Source: an uncultured Acidobacteriota bacterium | GTDB taxonomy: Bacteria > Acidobacteriota > Thermoanaerobaculia > UBA5066 > Gp7-AA6 | Assembly (NCBI GenBank): GCA_963764715.1 | Contig: CAVXTP010000022.1 | Span: 480,001 to 544,000 of the forward strand | Reading direction: 5' to 3' | DNA: 64,000 nt | Part shown: in pieces, positions 47,845-56,897 of the stretch | Layout: every line of letters begins with the position of its first letter | Position numbering within the stretch: position 1 is the first letter of the stretch | The notes under the pieces: model-generated | What the model was told of the DNA's origin: nothing | What the model saw: the letters and a program-made list of their open reading frames with translations, nothing else | Database searches by the model: none | Made by a program: the position numbers and the translations under genes

Positions 47845-48360
47845 TTATAGCATCAGCACCGCGTGCAGCGGGTGGTGGCCGAGCTTCGCGCGGCCCTCCA
47901 GCGCGACGAGCTCGATGAAGACGCTGACGCCGATCACTCTCCCGCGGAGCTTCTCGACGAGATCGGCCGCGGCCTTCGCCGTCCCGCCGGTCGCCAGCAC
48001 GTCGTCGACGACGAGGATCCGTTCTCCGGGAGCGAAAGCGTCGGCGTGGACCTCGAGGCTGTCCTTGCCGTACTCGAGCCCGTACGAGACGCGCTCGGCC
48101 TTGCGCGGGAGCTTCCCGGGCTTGCGCGCGGGGACGATCCCCACGCCGAGCTCCCGCGCGAGCGCGGTCCCGAAGAGAAAGCCGCGCGCCTCGATGCCGA
48201 GGATCTTGTCGGGCGGCGAAGCGCGGAAGGGCTCCGCCATCGCCCGCGCCGCGTCGCCGAACGCCTGCGCCGACGCGAGCAGCGGCGTGACGTCGCGGAA
48301 CAGGATCCCGGGCGCGGGAAAGTCGGGCACGTCGTGGATGAACGCGCGGAAGTCCGTCAT
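47845..48360 (-). CDS. apt: Adenine phosphoribosyltransferase
   Basis: PDFP.PGILFRD, EARGF, RKPGKLP and VDDVLATGGT motifs. Confidence 0.95.
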   Translation of the reverse strand: MTDFRAFIHDVPDFPAPGILFRDVTPLLASAQAFGDAARAMAEPFRASPPDKILGIEARGFLFGTALARELGVGIVPARKPGKLPRKAERVSYGLEYGKDSLEVHADAFAPGERILVVDDVLATGGTAKAAADLVEKLRGRVIGVSVFIELVALEGRAKLGHHPLHAVLML

Positions 48361-48626
48361 CGCGTGATCTCGAACCGGGAGAAACCCTGGGGCGGCTCCT
48401 CGGCGACCTCGATCCGGTCGACGCGCGAGGAGACCGGCCCGCGCTTGAGGCGCTCGAGGAAGGTCTCGAGCGCCGCGTCGTCGCCCTCGGCGAGGGCCTC
48501 GACGGAGCCGTCCGGCCGGTTGCGCACCCAGCCGCGGACACCGAGCTCCCGCGCGGCGCGCTCGGCGAAGAACCGGAAGCCGACGCCCTGCACGCGCCCC
48601 TGGACGATCGCCCTCCGGGCCGTCAC
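48357..48626 (-). CDS. acyP: Acylphosphatase
   Basis: GRVQGVGFR and GWVRNRPDGSVE motifs. Confidence 0.93.
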   Translation of the reverse strand: MTARRAIVQGRVQGVGFRFFAERAARELGVRGWVRNRPDGSVEALAEGDDAALETFLERLKRGPVSSRVDRIEVAEEPPQGFSRFEITR

Positions 48627-49300
48627 GCGGGCGTTCCCGCGAACCGGCCCAGCAGCGGAACGAACGTCACGTCCTCGCCCTCCTCCTGCGCGAAGTCGGT
48701 CTTGCGCCGGCGGATGACGCGCAGCCGCTGCTTGCCGGCCGGCCCGATCGGCACGACCAGGCGCCCTCCCATCGCGAGCTGCGCGAGCAGGGGCTCCGGG
48801 ACGGTCTCGGTCCCGGCCGTGACGATGATCCGGTCGTAGGGCGCGGCGGCGGGATAACCGTAGGTCCCGTCGAAGGCCTTGATGGAGACGTTGTGGTACC
48901 CGAGCGAGGCCAGGAGGGCCGAGGCGCCGCGGGCGAGCTCGTCGATCCGCTCCAGCGAGTAGACGCTGCGGGCGAGACGCCCCAGGACGGCCGTCTGGTA
49001 GCCCGAGCCCGATCCGATCTCGAGGACCTTGTGCTCGGGAGAGACGCCGAGCCTTTGGGTCATCACGCCGACGACGTAGGGCTGGGAGATCGTCTGGCCG
49101 AAGCCGATCGGCAGCGAGTGGTCGCCGTAGGCCCGGGAGCGCAGCGGCGCCGGCACGAACAGGTGGCGCGGGACGTCCTGCATCGCGGCGAGCACCTTCG
49201 GATCGTCGACACCGCGCGTCGCCACGAACCGGGTGACCATCTCGCGCCGCTGGGCGTCTTCCCGGCCGGCGGCCGGGTCGCGGGCGTCGCGCGAGGGCAT
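48623..49300 (-). CDS. pcm: Protein-L-isoaspartate O-methyltransferase
   Basis: VPRHLFV, GQTISQPY, VLEIGSGSGYQ and APYDRIIVTA motifs. Confidence 0.95.
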   Translation of the reverse strand: MPSRDARDPAAGREDAQRREMVTRFVATRGVDDPKVLAAMQDVPRHLFVPAPLRSRAYGDHSLPIGFGQTISQPYVVGVMTQRLGVSPEHKVLEIGSGSGYQTAVLGRLARSVYSLERIDELARGASALLASLGYHNVSIKAFDGTYGYPAAAPYDRIIVTAGTETVPEPLLAQLAMGGRLVVPIGPAGKQRLRVIRRRKTDFAQEEGEDVTFVPLLGRFAGTPA

Positions 49301-49424
49301 TGCCCGCATGATAGCAGGGCGGCCTGGAATCCGGCGCGCGCTCCGTGCGTTCCGGCTCCCTGGCGGAACGGTAGAATGGTCGGCCGATTCGACCGGGTTC
49401 TGATTCGAAGCGTTTCGCTGGAGG

Positions 49425-51491
49425 ATGGGTTTGGCAAGTTCGCAGGAGGTGGCCGAGACCGGCCGTGAGACCCGCATCGCCGGGGTTTCCCGGGAAGAAG
49501 TCCGGAAGTGGTACGGCCTCATGCACCTCGCGCGGGTGCTCGACGACAAGGCTCCCAACTACCTCAAGCAGGGGCTCGGCTGGAGCTACCACGCGCCGTG
49601 CGCGGGACACGACGCGATCCAGCTCGCCCTCGGGATGACGTTCCGGCCCGGCCGGGACTACCTCTTCCCCTACTACCGCGACCTCGCCACCTGTGTCGCC
49701 GCCGGGATGACCGCGGAGGAGATCCTGTTGAACGGCATGTCCAAGGCGGACGACGTCGCCTCGGGCGGCCGGCACATGTCGAACCACTTCGCCAAGCCCT
49801 CGATCGGCATCCAGAACGTCTCCTCCTGCGTCTCCAACCACTCCCAGCATTCCGCGGGCCTCGCCCGGGCGATCAAGACGTACCGGAAGGACGCGATCGT
49901 CTTCTGCTCGGTCGGCGAGTCGTCGACGTCCGAGGGCTACTTCTACGAGGCCGTCAACGGCGCCTCGCGCGAGAAGCTCCCGGTCGTCTTCGTCGTCCAG
50001 GACAACTCCTACGGAATCTCGGTCCCGAAGTCGGACCAGACGGCGAACCTCTATGCCTCCGACAACTTCGCGGGCTTCAAGAACCTCAAGATCATCCACT
50101 GCGACGGCCTCGACGTCTTCGACTCCTTCCGCGCGATGCGGGAGGCCATCGCGTTCGTGCGCTCGGGCGCCGGCGCCGCCATCGTCCACGCGACCTGCGT
50201 GCGCATCCACTCGCACTCCAACTCGGACCGCCAGGAGCTCTACCGGACGCCGGAGGAGCTCGCCGAAGCGAAGGCGTCGGATCCGCTGCCCCGCTTCCGG
50301 CGGCTGCTCGTCGAGACGGGCCTCCTGCCCGAGGACGAGCTGCGGTCGATCGAGCAGCAGAACGAGCGGACGTACGAGGAGGCCGCCGACCGGGCGAAGG
50401 CCGCGCCGGACCCCGATCCCGCGACGATCCACGACTTCGTGGTCCCGGCGCCCTGGATGCCGGCGGCCTGGCCGGAGGGGATCCCCGACGGCTCGGGCGA
50501 GGAGATGACGCTCGTCCACGCGCTGAACGAGACGCTCAAGGAGGAGTTCCGGCACAACCCCGATACCTACATCTGGGGACAGGACGTCGCCTACCGCGAC
50601 AAGGGCGGCGTCTTCAACGTCACCAAGGGCATGCAGCCGGAGTTCGGCCCCGCCCGCGTCTTCAACGCGCCGATCGCCGAGGACCACATCATGGGCACGG
50701 CCGACGGGTTCTCGCGCCTCGACGACCGCATCCGGATCGTCGTCGAGGGCGCGGAGTTCGCGGACTATTTCTGGCCGGCAGCCGAGCAGATGATCGAGAT
50801 GTCCCACGAGTACTGGAGGACGAAGGGCCAGTTCGTCCCCAACGTGACCGTGCGCCTGCCCTCGGGCGGCTACATCGGCGGCGGCCTCTACCACTCGCAG
50901 AACCTGGAGGGCTGGCTCTCGACGCTGCCCGGAATCCGGATCGTCGTGCCGGCCTTCGCCGACGACGCCGCCGGACTCCTGCGCACGGCGATCCGCTCGC
51001 GCGGGATCACGCTCTACCTCGAGCCGAAGTTTCTCTACAACAACCCGATGGCGAAGGCGAAAGTCCCGAAGGAGTTCGCCGTGCCGTTCGGGAAGGCGCG
51101 CGTCCGGCGCGAGGGCGCCGACCTCACGATCGTGGCGTACGGGACGCCGGTCCACTTCGCCCTCGAGGCCGCGAAGGTCCTCGCAGCTGAGGGTCGGTCG
51201 GTCGAAGTCGTCGACCTGCGGTCCCTCGTGCCTCTCGACTGGGAGACCGTGCTGGCCTCGGTGCGCAAGACGAGCCGCGCGCTCGTCGCCCACGAGGACA
51301 AGGTCCACGGCGGCTTCGGCGGCGAGATCGCGGCCCAGATCCAGGAGCGCGCCTTCGAGTCGCTCGACGCCCCGGTCGGGCGGGTCGGGTCCGAGTTCAC
51401 GCCGGTCGGGTTCTCGAGAATCCTCGAGCGGGCCATCCTGCCGTCGAGCGACAAGGTGCTGGAGGCGGCGCGGAAGGTGCTGGCGTACTGA
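49425..51491 (+). CDS. 2-oxoacid (probably branched-chain) dehydrogenase E1, fused alpha/beta subunits
   Basis: PYYRD, ThDP motif GESSTSEG...N, HSNSD, GQDV...GGVF, YHSQ and EPK motifs. Confidence 0.9.
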   Translation: MGLASSQEVAETGRETRIAGVSREEVRKWYGLMHLARVLDDKAPNYLKQGLGWSYHAPCAGHDAIQLALGMTFRPGRDYLFPYYRDLATCVAAGMTAEEILLNGMSKADDVASGGRHMSNHFAKPSIGIQNVSSCVSNHSQHSAGLARAIKTYRKDAIVFCSVGESSTSEGYFYEAVNGASREKLPVVFVVQDNSYGISVPKSDQTANLYASDNFAGFKNLKIIHCDGLDVFDSFRAMREAIAFVRSGAGAAIVHATCVRIHSHSNSDRQELYRTPEELAEAKASDPLPRFRRLLVETGLLPEDELRSIEQQNERTYEEAADRAKAAPDPDPATIHDFVVPAPWMPAAWPEGIPDGSGEEMTLVHALNETLKEEFRHNPDTYIWGQDVAYRDKGGVFNVTKGMQPEFGPARVFNAPIAEDHIMGTADGFSRLDDRIRIVVEGAEFADYFWPAAEQMIEMSHEYWRTKGQFVPNVTVRLPSGGYIGGGLYHSQNLEGWLSTLPGIRIVVPAFADDAAGLLRTAIRSRGITLYLEPKFLYNNPMAKAKVPKEFAVPFGKARVRREGADLTIVAYGTPVHFALEAAKVLAAEGRSVEVVDLRSLVPLDWETVLASVRKTSRALVAHEDKVHGGFGGEIAAQIQERAFESLDAPVGRVGSEFTPVGFSRILERAILPSSDKVLEAARKVLAY

Positions 51492-51498
51492 CCGGTTC

Positions 51499-51523
51499 GT
51501 AGGGGCGGCCCTTGCGGCCGCCC
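51499..51523 (+). repeat. Single GTAG REP
   Basis: GTAGGGGCGGCCCTTGCGGCCGCCC, identical to 41418-41442. Confidence 0.85.
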
Positions 51524-51542
51524 TTCCCTGCCCCCTCCCTGT

Positions 51543-51556
51543 ATGACCGGCATCAT
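51543..51556. promoter_or_regulatory. Crp/Fnr-type operator ATGACCGGCATCAT
   Basis: FNR-box-like palindrome centred 42.5 bp before ATG 51592; nearly identical to 56842-56855. Confidence 0.7.
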
Positions 51557-51591
51557 GGCCGGCCCTGCGTCCCGGCGACACGATACGGGTC

Positions 51592-53367
51592 ATGAACGCC
51601 ACACCCCGTTTCGACCCGAACACTCCCGTCAGGGACATCCTCGCGCGCTATCCGCAGCTCTCCTCGGCGCTCGCGGCGCACGGACTCGACTCCTGCTGCG
51701 GGGGCGAGCACCCGCTCGGCGATGCCTGCCGGGCGAAGGGCATCGCGCTCGATGACGTCGTCCGCGACCTCGAGGACGCCTGGCAGGCGGTCGAGGCCCA
51801 TAGCGTCGTGCCCCCGACGATGTCGATCCGCGAGATGACCCGCCGCTTTCCGGCGACCCGCCCGGTGCTCGAGCGTTACGGCCTCGGGGACTGCGGGGGG
51901 GCCGACGGACCGGAGGAGCCGCTGGCCTGGTTCGCGACGGTCCACCGGCTTCCGCTCGAGGACTTTCTCCGCGACGTGCGCGCGGCCGCCGTCAAGGACG
52001 TCGCCGCGGCGCCGCCCGACGTCTCGGCGAAGCCCGTCACCCTCTTCTCGCCCCATTTCGTGGCCGGCGCGCTCTTCCTGACGCTCACCCTCGGCGCCAC
52101 GACCGGGATGATCAACCTGCTCCGGATCGCGGCCGGCGGCGAGGTCCCGATCGACCACCGCCAGGTCCACGGACACACGCAGGTCCTGGGCTTCGCGGCG
52201 CTCTTCCTCATGGGCATCGCCTACCACGCGCTTCCCCGGATCCTCGGCGTCGGCGCCTTCGGCAGCCGCGCCCTCATCCGCTCGAGCTTCTGGCTCATGT
52301 TCTTCGGCGTGATCCTGCGCAACGCCGGGCAGCTCTTCGGCCTCTATCCCTTCGGCCGGCTGTCCTCGCTGCTCTCGGGCGGGATGGAGCTCGCGTCGGG
52401 CGCGATCTTCGTCCGGTTCGTCTTTTCGCTGCTCGCGCGCGTCCGGGAGGGCAAGTACGACCGGAAGGATCCCCTCCTCCGCTTCGTGCGAGCGGGCACC
52501 CTCTGCTTCGCCGTCGCGATCGGTCTGAGCGCGGCCCAGGGCCTCTGGCTCGGGGGCCACATCGACACGGTCCTCCCCGCCTCGCTCAACGAGTCCTTCT
52601 ACTTCGTGGCGCTCTACGGCTTCCTGCTCGCCTGGATCTACGGCTTCGGCCACCGGCTCGTCTCGCTCTTCCTCGGCGTCGGCCCGGCGGCGCCCTTCGC
52701 GGCTCCGCTGACGCTCGCGGCCCAGATGACGGGCGTGCTCCTCTATTCCGCGGGATGGGTCCCGGGCGTCCCGGACGCCGCCGCGCTCGCCCTGCGCGAC
52801 GCCGGGCTCTTCCTCGCCGCCGCCTCGGCCCTCGTCTTCCTCGCCGGCAACGGCTTTCTCTGGCGGCGCTCGGACCTTCCGATGCTGCGGACGCCCGGAA
52901 ATCCCACGTTCGCGATCCGCGCCGCCTTCGCGTCGCTCGGCCTGTGGGCGGTCCTCGAGGTCGCCGCCGTTCTCCTCACCCGCCTGACCCGCCTGCCGGC
53001 CCAGAACCTCTGGTGGGCCGACGCCGGGCGGCACGTCTTCACGATCGGCTTCGTGACGCTCCTGATCGTGGGGATGAGCTTCCGGATCCTGCCGGTCTTC
53101 TCCGGGAAGACCCTCTGGTCGCCGCGGCTGGCGCACGCGACGTACGCCCTCCTTCTCGTCGGCGTGGCGATGCGCCTGCTCCAGTACCCGGCGGCGTTCC
53201 TGCCCGTGTTCTACGAGATCGGCTCGTACATGGGGATCCCGGTCGTCCTGGCGCTCGTCCTCTTCGTGTTCAACCTCGTCCGCACGATGCGCGGGCGCCC
53301 GGCGCCGGAGAAGGCCTCGGCCCGACTGGCCACCGCCCGATTCGCCTCGACGCTCCCGGTGCGATAA
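51592..53367 (+). CDS. ScdA_N (DUF542) / DUF1858-like / NnrS-family membrane protein
   Basis: GLDSCCGG..L..AC..KG, a second related small domain, then a polytopic region with HGHTQVLGF and RHVFTIGF..LIVGM. Confidence 0.75.
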   Translation: MNATPRFDPNTPVRDILARYPQLSSALAAHGLDSCCGGEHPLGDACRAKGIALDDVVRDLEDAWQAVEAHSVVPPTMSIREMTRRFPATRPVLERYGLGDCGGADGPEEPLAWFATVHRLPLEDFLRDVRAAAVKDVAAAPPDVSAKPVTLFSPHFVAGALFLTLTLGATTGMINLLRIAAGGEVPIDHRQVHGHTQVLGFAALFLMGIAYHALPRILGVGAFGSRALIRSSFWLMFFGVILRNAGQLFGLYPFGRLSSLLSGGMELASGAIFVRFVFSLLARVREGKYDRKDPLLRFVRAGTLCFAVAIGLSAAQGLWLGGHIDTVLPASLNESFYFVALYGFLLAWIYGFGHRLVSLFLGVGPAAPFAAPLTLAAQMTGVLLYSAGWVPGVPDAAALALRDAGLFLAAASALVFLAGNGFLWRRSDLPMLRTPGNPTFAIRAAFASLGLWAVLEVAAVLLTRLTRLPAQNLWWADAGRHVFTIGFVTLLIVGMSFRILPVFSGKTLWSPRLAHATYALLLVGVAMRLLQYPAAFLPVFYEIGSYMGIPVVLALVLFVFNLVRTMRGRPAPEKASARLATARFASTLPVR

Positions 53368-53375
53368 TCCGCGGC

Positions 53376-54062
53376 GTGCCGCCGAGGCCGCCGATCCCGT
53401 TCAACGCCATCCCCATCCTCGCGCCCCTGACGGGCGAGGATCGCGCCGCGCTCGACCCGATCTGCGAGCTCAAGGCCTACGAGAAGGGCGAGGTGCTCTT
53501 CGAGGAAGGCTCGCCCGCGCTCTTCATCCAGTTCGTCTTCGTGGGACGCGTCAAGATCGTCAAGGCCGCCCCGGACCGCGACCTCATCCTCGAGATCCTC
53601 GGCCCCGGCGAGCCGGTCGGCGCGGTCGCGGTCTTCGAGCAGCGCCCCTACCCCGCCTCCGCCATCGCCCTCGAGCCGAGCGGAACGATCGCGATTCCCG
53701 AGCGCGAGTTCTTCCGCCTCGTCGAGAAGCGGCCCGAGATCACCCGCCGCCTGCTCGCGGGCCTCACGATGCGCCTCATGGCCTTGAACCGCCGGCTCGC
53801 CGACATGACCGGGTCCGTCGAATACCGCGCGGCGCGGCTCTTCTCGACGCTCGCGGAGCGGGCCGGCCGCAAGCAGGCCGACGGGATCTTCGTGCCGATC
53901 CACCTCTCCCGCCAGGACATCGCCGACCTCGCCGGGACGACGATCGAGACGGCCATCCGGATCATGAGCCGCTGGCAGAAGGAGGGGCTCGTCGAGACCG
54001 AGAAAGACGGGTTCCTGATCCGGCAGATCGCCGCCCTGCGCGAGCTCGCTCCGGCCGAATAG
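53376..54062 (+). CDS. Crp/Fnr family transcriptional regulator (DNR/NnrR/HcpR-like)
   Basis: LFEEG, GRVKI, YPASA and HTH SRQDIADLAGTTIETAIR; no FNR Cys cluster. Confidence 0.92.
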   Translation: MPPRPPIPFNAIPILAPLTGEDRAALDPICELKAYEKGEVLFEEGSPALFIQFVFVGRVKIVKAAPDRDLILEILGPGEPVGAVAVFEQRPYPASAIALEPSGTIAIPEREFFRLVEKRPEITRRLLAGLTMRLMALNRRLADMTGSVEYRAARLFSTLAERAGRKQADGIFVPIHLSRQDIADLAGTTIETAIRIMSRWQKEGLVETEKDGFLIRQIAALRELAPAE

Positions 54063-54096
54063 CCGCGCGCGCCCGCGCGCCGGCGCCCCGGCGCTC

Positions 54097-55485
54097 CTAG
54101 TGCAGGTGCGCCGAGGGGTTGCCCGGAGGCAGAGCGGCGAAGGCCGGGTGCTCCGGGTTGCCGCGGGTCAGGATCATCGCGTAGAGGAAGGGCCCGAAGC
54201 TCGTCCCGCGGCGGCCGTTGACGGCGACGATCGGCGTCCCGTCGGAGTCGAACTGCGCGGCGGCCGCGAGGTCCTGCTGCAGCGCGGCCTGGGTCGCGGG
54301 CGAGGCAATGCAGGCGGCCAGCTTCTCGGGGGCCATGAATGGCGCGGCGATCGCCAGCACCGCGTTGCGATTCAGGTCCTTCTGCTTCGCAAAGAGGGCG
54401 GCCGCGAATTCGGGCTCCTTGCCCGACGGCTCCATGCAGATGCGCGCGGACGCCGCCACGCAGCGGACGTCGTCGCCCTTTCCGCCTTCGAAGGCGGGGT
54501 TGCACCGGCCGTCCAGCGGGTACTGCCGCGCGTCGACGCTGAAGCTTCCGGGGTCCGTGTGCTCGCGCAGCGTCTGCATCGTCTCCTGGAGGCCGGCGCA
54601 GTGCTCGCAGAGGATGTCGGTGAACTCCGTGATCCGGACCGGCGCCACGGCCGAGCCCACGAGCGCGCGCGGCGCGGGCAGCATGGCCGGGGGGGCGCTC
54701 CGGTAGATCGCGAGCGAGTCGGCGAGCATCTGGCGTCCGGCCGGGTCGAGGGTCGCCACGAGCTCCGCGAGCTTGCGGTCCTTCAGCTCGTCTCCGGTCC
54801 CGGTCGAGGCGGCCGACGGGGCCGCGGCCGGCTCGGACGCCGCCGTCCCGCCCGAGGTGGCGGCCTCCGCAATCGCCCGCCGGCCGGCTTCCCCGCTCGT
54901 CTTCGGCGTGCGCAGCCCCGGGTACAGCAGCAGCGCGAATGCCGCGGCCATGCAGCCGAGAGCGAGAGTCCAGCCCCGGCCGGCCTCCGGCAGACCCTCG
55001 CGCCGCCAGCCGAGGAGCGCGATCGCCGCGTAGGCTCCGACCACCAGATACGTCCCGATGCATCCGACGCAGATCGTCCCCGCCGCCGCGCTCGCGGCGA
55101 GAAGGACGGCGACGGCGAGGATCCCGGCCCCGGCCGTCAGGCGCACGGCCGAGACGAGCGCCGCGGGCGGCCGGCCCGACGCGATCCGGGCGAGACCGGC
55201 GAGCGGAAGGACGAAGGCGGCGACGCTCCACACGAGCCCCCAGCCCGAGATCGGGAGTCCCGTCAGCCGGTGGACGGAGGAGGCGAGGGCGCCGTTCCAG
55301 AGGGCCGTGCAGTCGAACTTCCCGCCGAAGCCGCAAAACGAGCCGCCGCCCGAGCGCGCAACGACCAGCTCCGCCCACAGGAAGAGGGACCAGAGCGCGG
55401 AGAGCGCGCCGAGGGCCGTCAGCTTCACCCAGGATTTCGCGGCGAGGGGACCGGTCGGTCGAGCTCCCGTATCGGCTTTAGCCAT
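54097..55485 (-). CDS. VKOR-DsbA/thioredoxin fusion
   Basis: FCG...FDC loop cysteines, TM helices with CVGC, then FTDILCEHC and GTP..AVNG. Confidence 0.88.
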   Translation of the reverse strand: MAKADTGARPTGPLAAKSWVKLTALGALSALWSLFLWAELVVARSGGGSFCGFGGKFDCTALWNGALASSVHRLTGLPISGWGLVWSVAAFVLPLAGLARIASGRPPAALVSAVRLTAGAGILAVAVLLAASAAAGTICVGCIGTYLVVGAYAAIALLGWRREGLPEAGRGWTLALGCMAAAFALLLYPGLRTPKTSGEAGRRAIAEAATSGGTAASEPAAAPSAASTGTGDELKDRKLAELVATLDPAGRQMLADSLAIYRSAPPAMLPAPRALVGSAVAPVRITEFTDILCEHCAGLQETMQTLREHTDPGSFSVDARQYPLDGRCNPAFEGGKGDDVRCVAASARICMEPSGKEPEFAAALFAKQKDLNRNAVLAIAAPFMAPEKLAACIASPATQAALQQDLAAAAQFDSDGTPIVAVNGRRGTSFGPFLYAMILTRGNPEHPAFAALPPGNPSAHLH

Positions 55486-55504
55486 GCCCGAATCTTGACA
55501 CGGC

Positions 55505-56731
55505 TCAGGATGCGGCGGCGGGGCGCGCCTTCCAGGAGACGTAGGGCCGGGCGAGCAGGCGAAGGGCCGAGAGCTTCCCCTCGTACAGCCGCCCGGCGAG
55601 CGAGCTCGGAACGAGCCCCCGGGCCTCCTCCGGCTGAACGACGAGCGACACTTCGATCGGCAGGATCCCGATCGGAAGCCCGGCGTCGCGGCAGGCCTCG
55701 TAGAGATGGGCGAAAACTTCCCGCATGGCGCCGGGGTCGGGGGGCGCCTCGTGCTCGAGCTCGCTCCCGATCGTCGGCCGGAAGATGCAGACCGTGGGAA
55801 ACGCTCCGGCCTCGACGATGCGGTCGATCCCGCGCATCGTCGCCTGGATCGGCTCGAGACCGGCGATGATCTCGCCCGAGACGCGGCCCCGCCCGAGCTT
55901 CTTCGCGGTGTACTCCATCGCCTCGAAGAACCCCTCCTGGCCGACCGACCGCGCCTTTCCAGGGCAGATCAGCTCGAACCAGCGGGGATCCTCGAGCTCG
56001 TAGCAGAACGAGAAGTGGTCCGTGCCGGCCTCGATCAGCGCGTCGTACTCCGAGAACTTGTTCCGCGGGACGGGGTGGGCCTGGACGCCGATGAATCCCC
56101 CGACCTCCGCGCGAATCGCCCGCACGTACGGCTCGCACTGGCGAAGGCCGTGGATCGGCTCGAGCCGGTCGACCTCCTCGAAGTGGTAGCCCGTGTTGAG
56201 GTGGGTGAAGACCGAGCCCGACTCGTCCCGGGCGGCGCGGGCGACCTCGACGACGTCCTCGACCTTCTTGCGCGCCTGCTCGTTGACGCCGACGTTCTTT
56301 CCGGTGGTGCAGAAGCGGCAGGCCTCGTTCCGGGCCCAGTACAGGCACGCGTTCGAGACGTACACCCCGAGGTAGTTGCCCTGCAGGACGCCGATGCGGT
56401 TCATCGGGATGCCCGAGGAGGTGGAGCGGCTGTACCAGGCGGGCTCCTCGGGGATCACCACCGGGTAGGACTCGCGGTCCCGGTCGTCGACGACGCAATA
56501 GCCGGTTTCCGTCCGGACGAGCTCGAACGGCGACGTCCACGCGAAGACCTCGACGACGGGCACGTTGACCCAGATCGGCTTGCGGCTCGAGGGAATGACG
56601 ATCTCGAGGCCCGAGCCGAGACCAGCGCGGGTCCGCGAGATCCGCCGGCCGTCCTGCTCGACGGTCGAGTTCTCCGGAAGCCGCAGGCCCCGGCAGAAAA
56701 GCTCGATTTCCAGTTCGACGGGCGACAACAC
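55505..56731 (-). CDS. Radical SAM protein with extended Cx8CxxC motif
   Basis: CLYWARNEACRFC, LNTG, ICPGK and IIAGLEP motifs. Start is GTG 56731 (promoter-supported) or TTG 56740. Confidence 0.85.
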   Translation of the reverse strand: MLSPVELEIELFCRGLRLPENSTVEQDGRRISRTRAGLGSGLEIVIPSSRKPIWVNVPVVEVFAWTSPFELVRTETGYCVVDDRDRESYPVVIPEEPAWYSRSTSSGIPMNRIGVLQGNYLGVYVSNACLYWARNEACRFCTTGKNVGVNEQARKKVEDVVEVARAARDESGSVFTHLNTGYHFEEVDRLEPIHGLRQCEPYVRAIRAEVGGFIGVQAHPVPRNKFSEYDALIEAGTDHFSFCYELEDPRWFELICPGKARSVGQEGFFEAMEYTAKKLGRGRVSGEIIAGLEPIQATMRGIDRIVEAGAFPTVCIFRPTIGSELEHEAPPDPGAMREVFAHLYEACRDAGLPIGILPIEVSLVVQPEEARGLVPSSLAGRLYEGKLSALRLLARPYVSWKARPAAAS

Positions 56732-56766
56732 CGATTTCAAGCTAGAGCCTGCCCGAACCGGGCGCC

Positions 56767-56780
56767 ATGATGCAAATCAT
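56767..56780. promoter_or_regulatory. Crp/Fnr-type operator ATGATGCAAATCAT
   Basis: Perfect ATGAT-N4-ATCAT centred 42.5 bp from GTG 56731; minus-strand -10 TAGCTT. Confidence 0.7.
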
Positions 56781-56841
56781 CCAGATGGAGCGAGAGCTCA
56801 CGCCGGCGTGAACCGCAAAAATCGGTGAAATCGAGCCGGAC

Positions 56842-56855
56842 ATGACGGGCATCAT
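56842..56855. promoter_or_regulatory. Crp/Fnr-type operator ATGACGGGCATCAT
   Basis: 13 of 14 positions identical to 51543-51556; upstream of the nosZ-containing operon. Confidence 0.7.
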
Positions 56856-56897
56856 AAGCCCCTCACCGGCCCCCGCGGGATCGTTCGATCGAGAACG

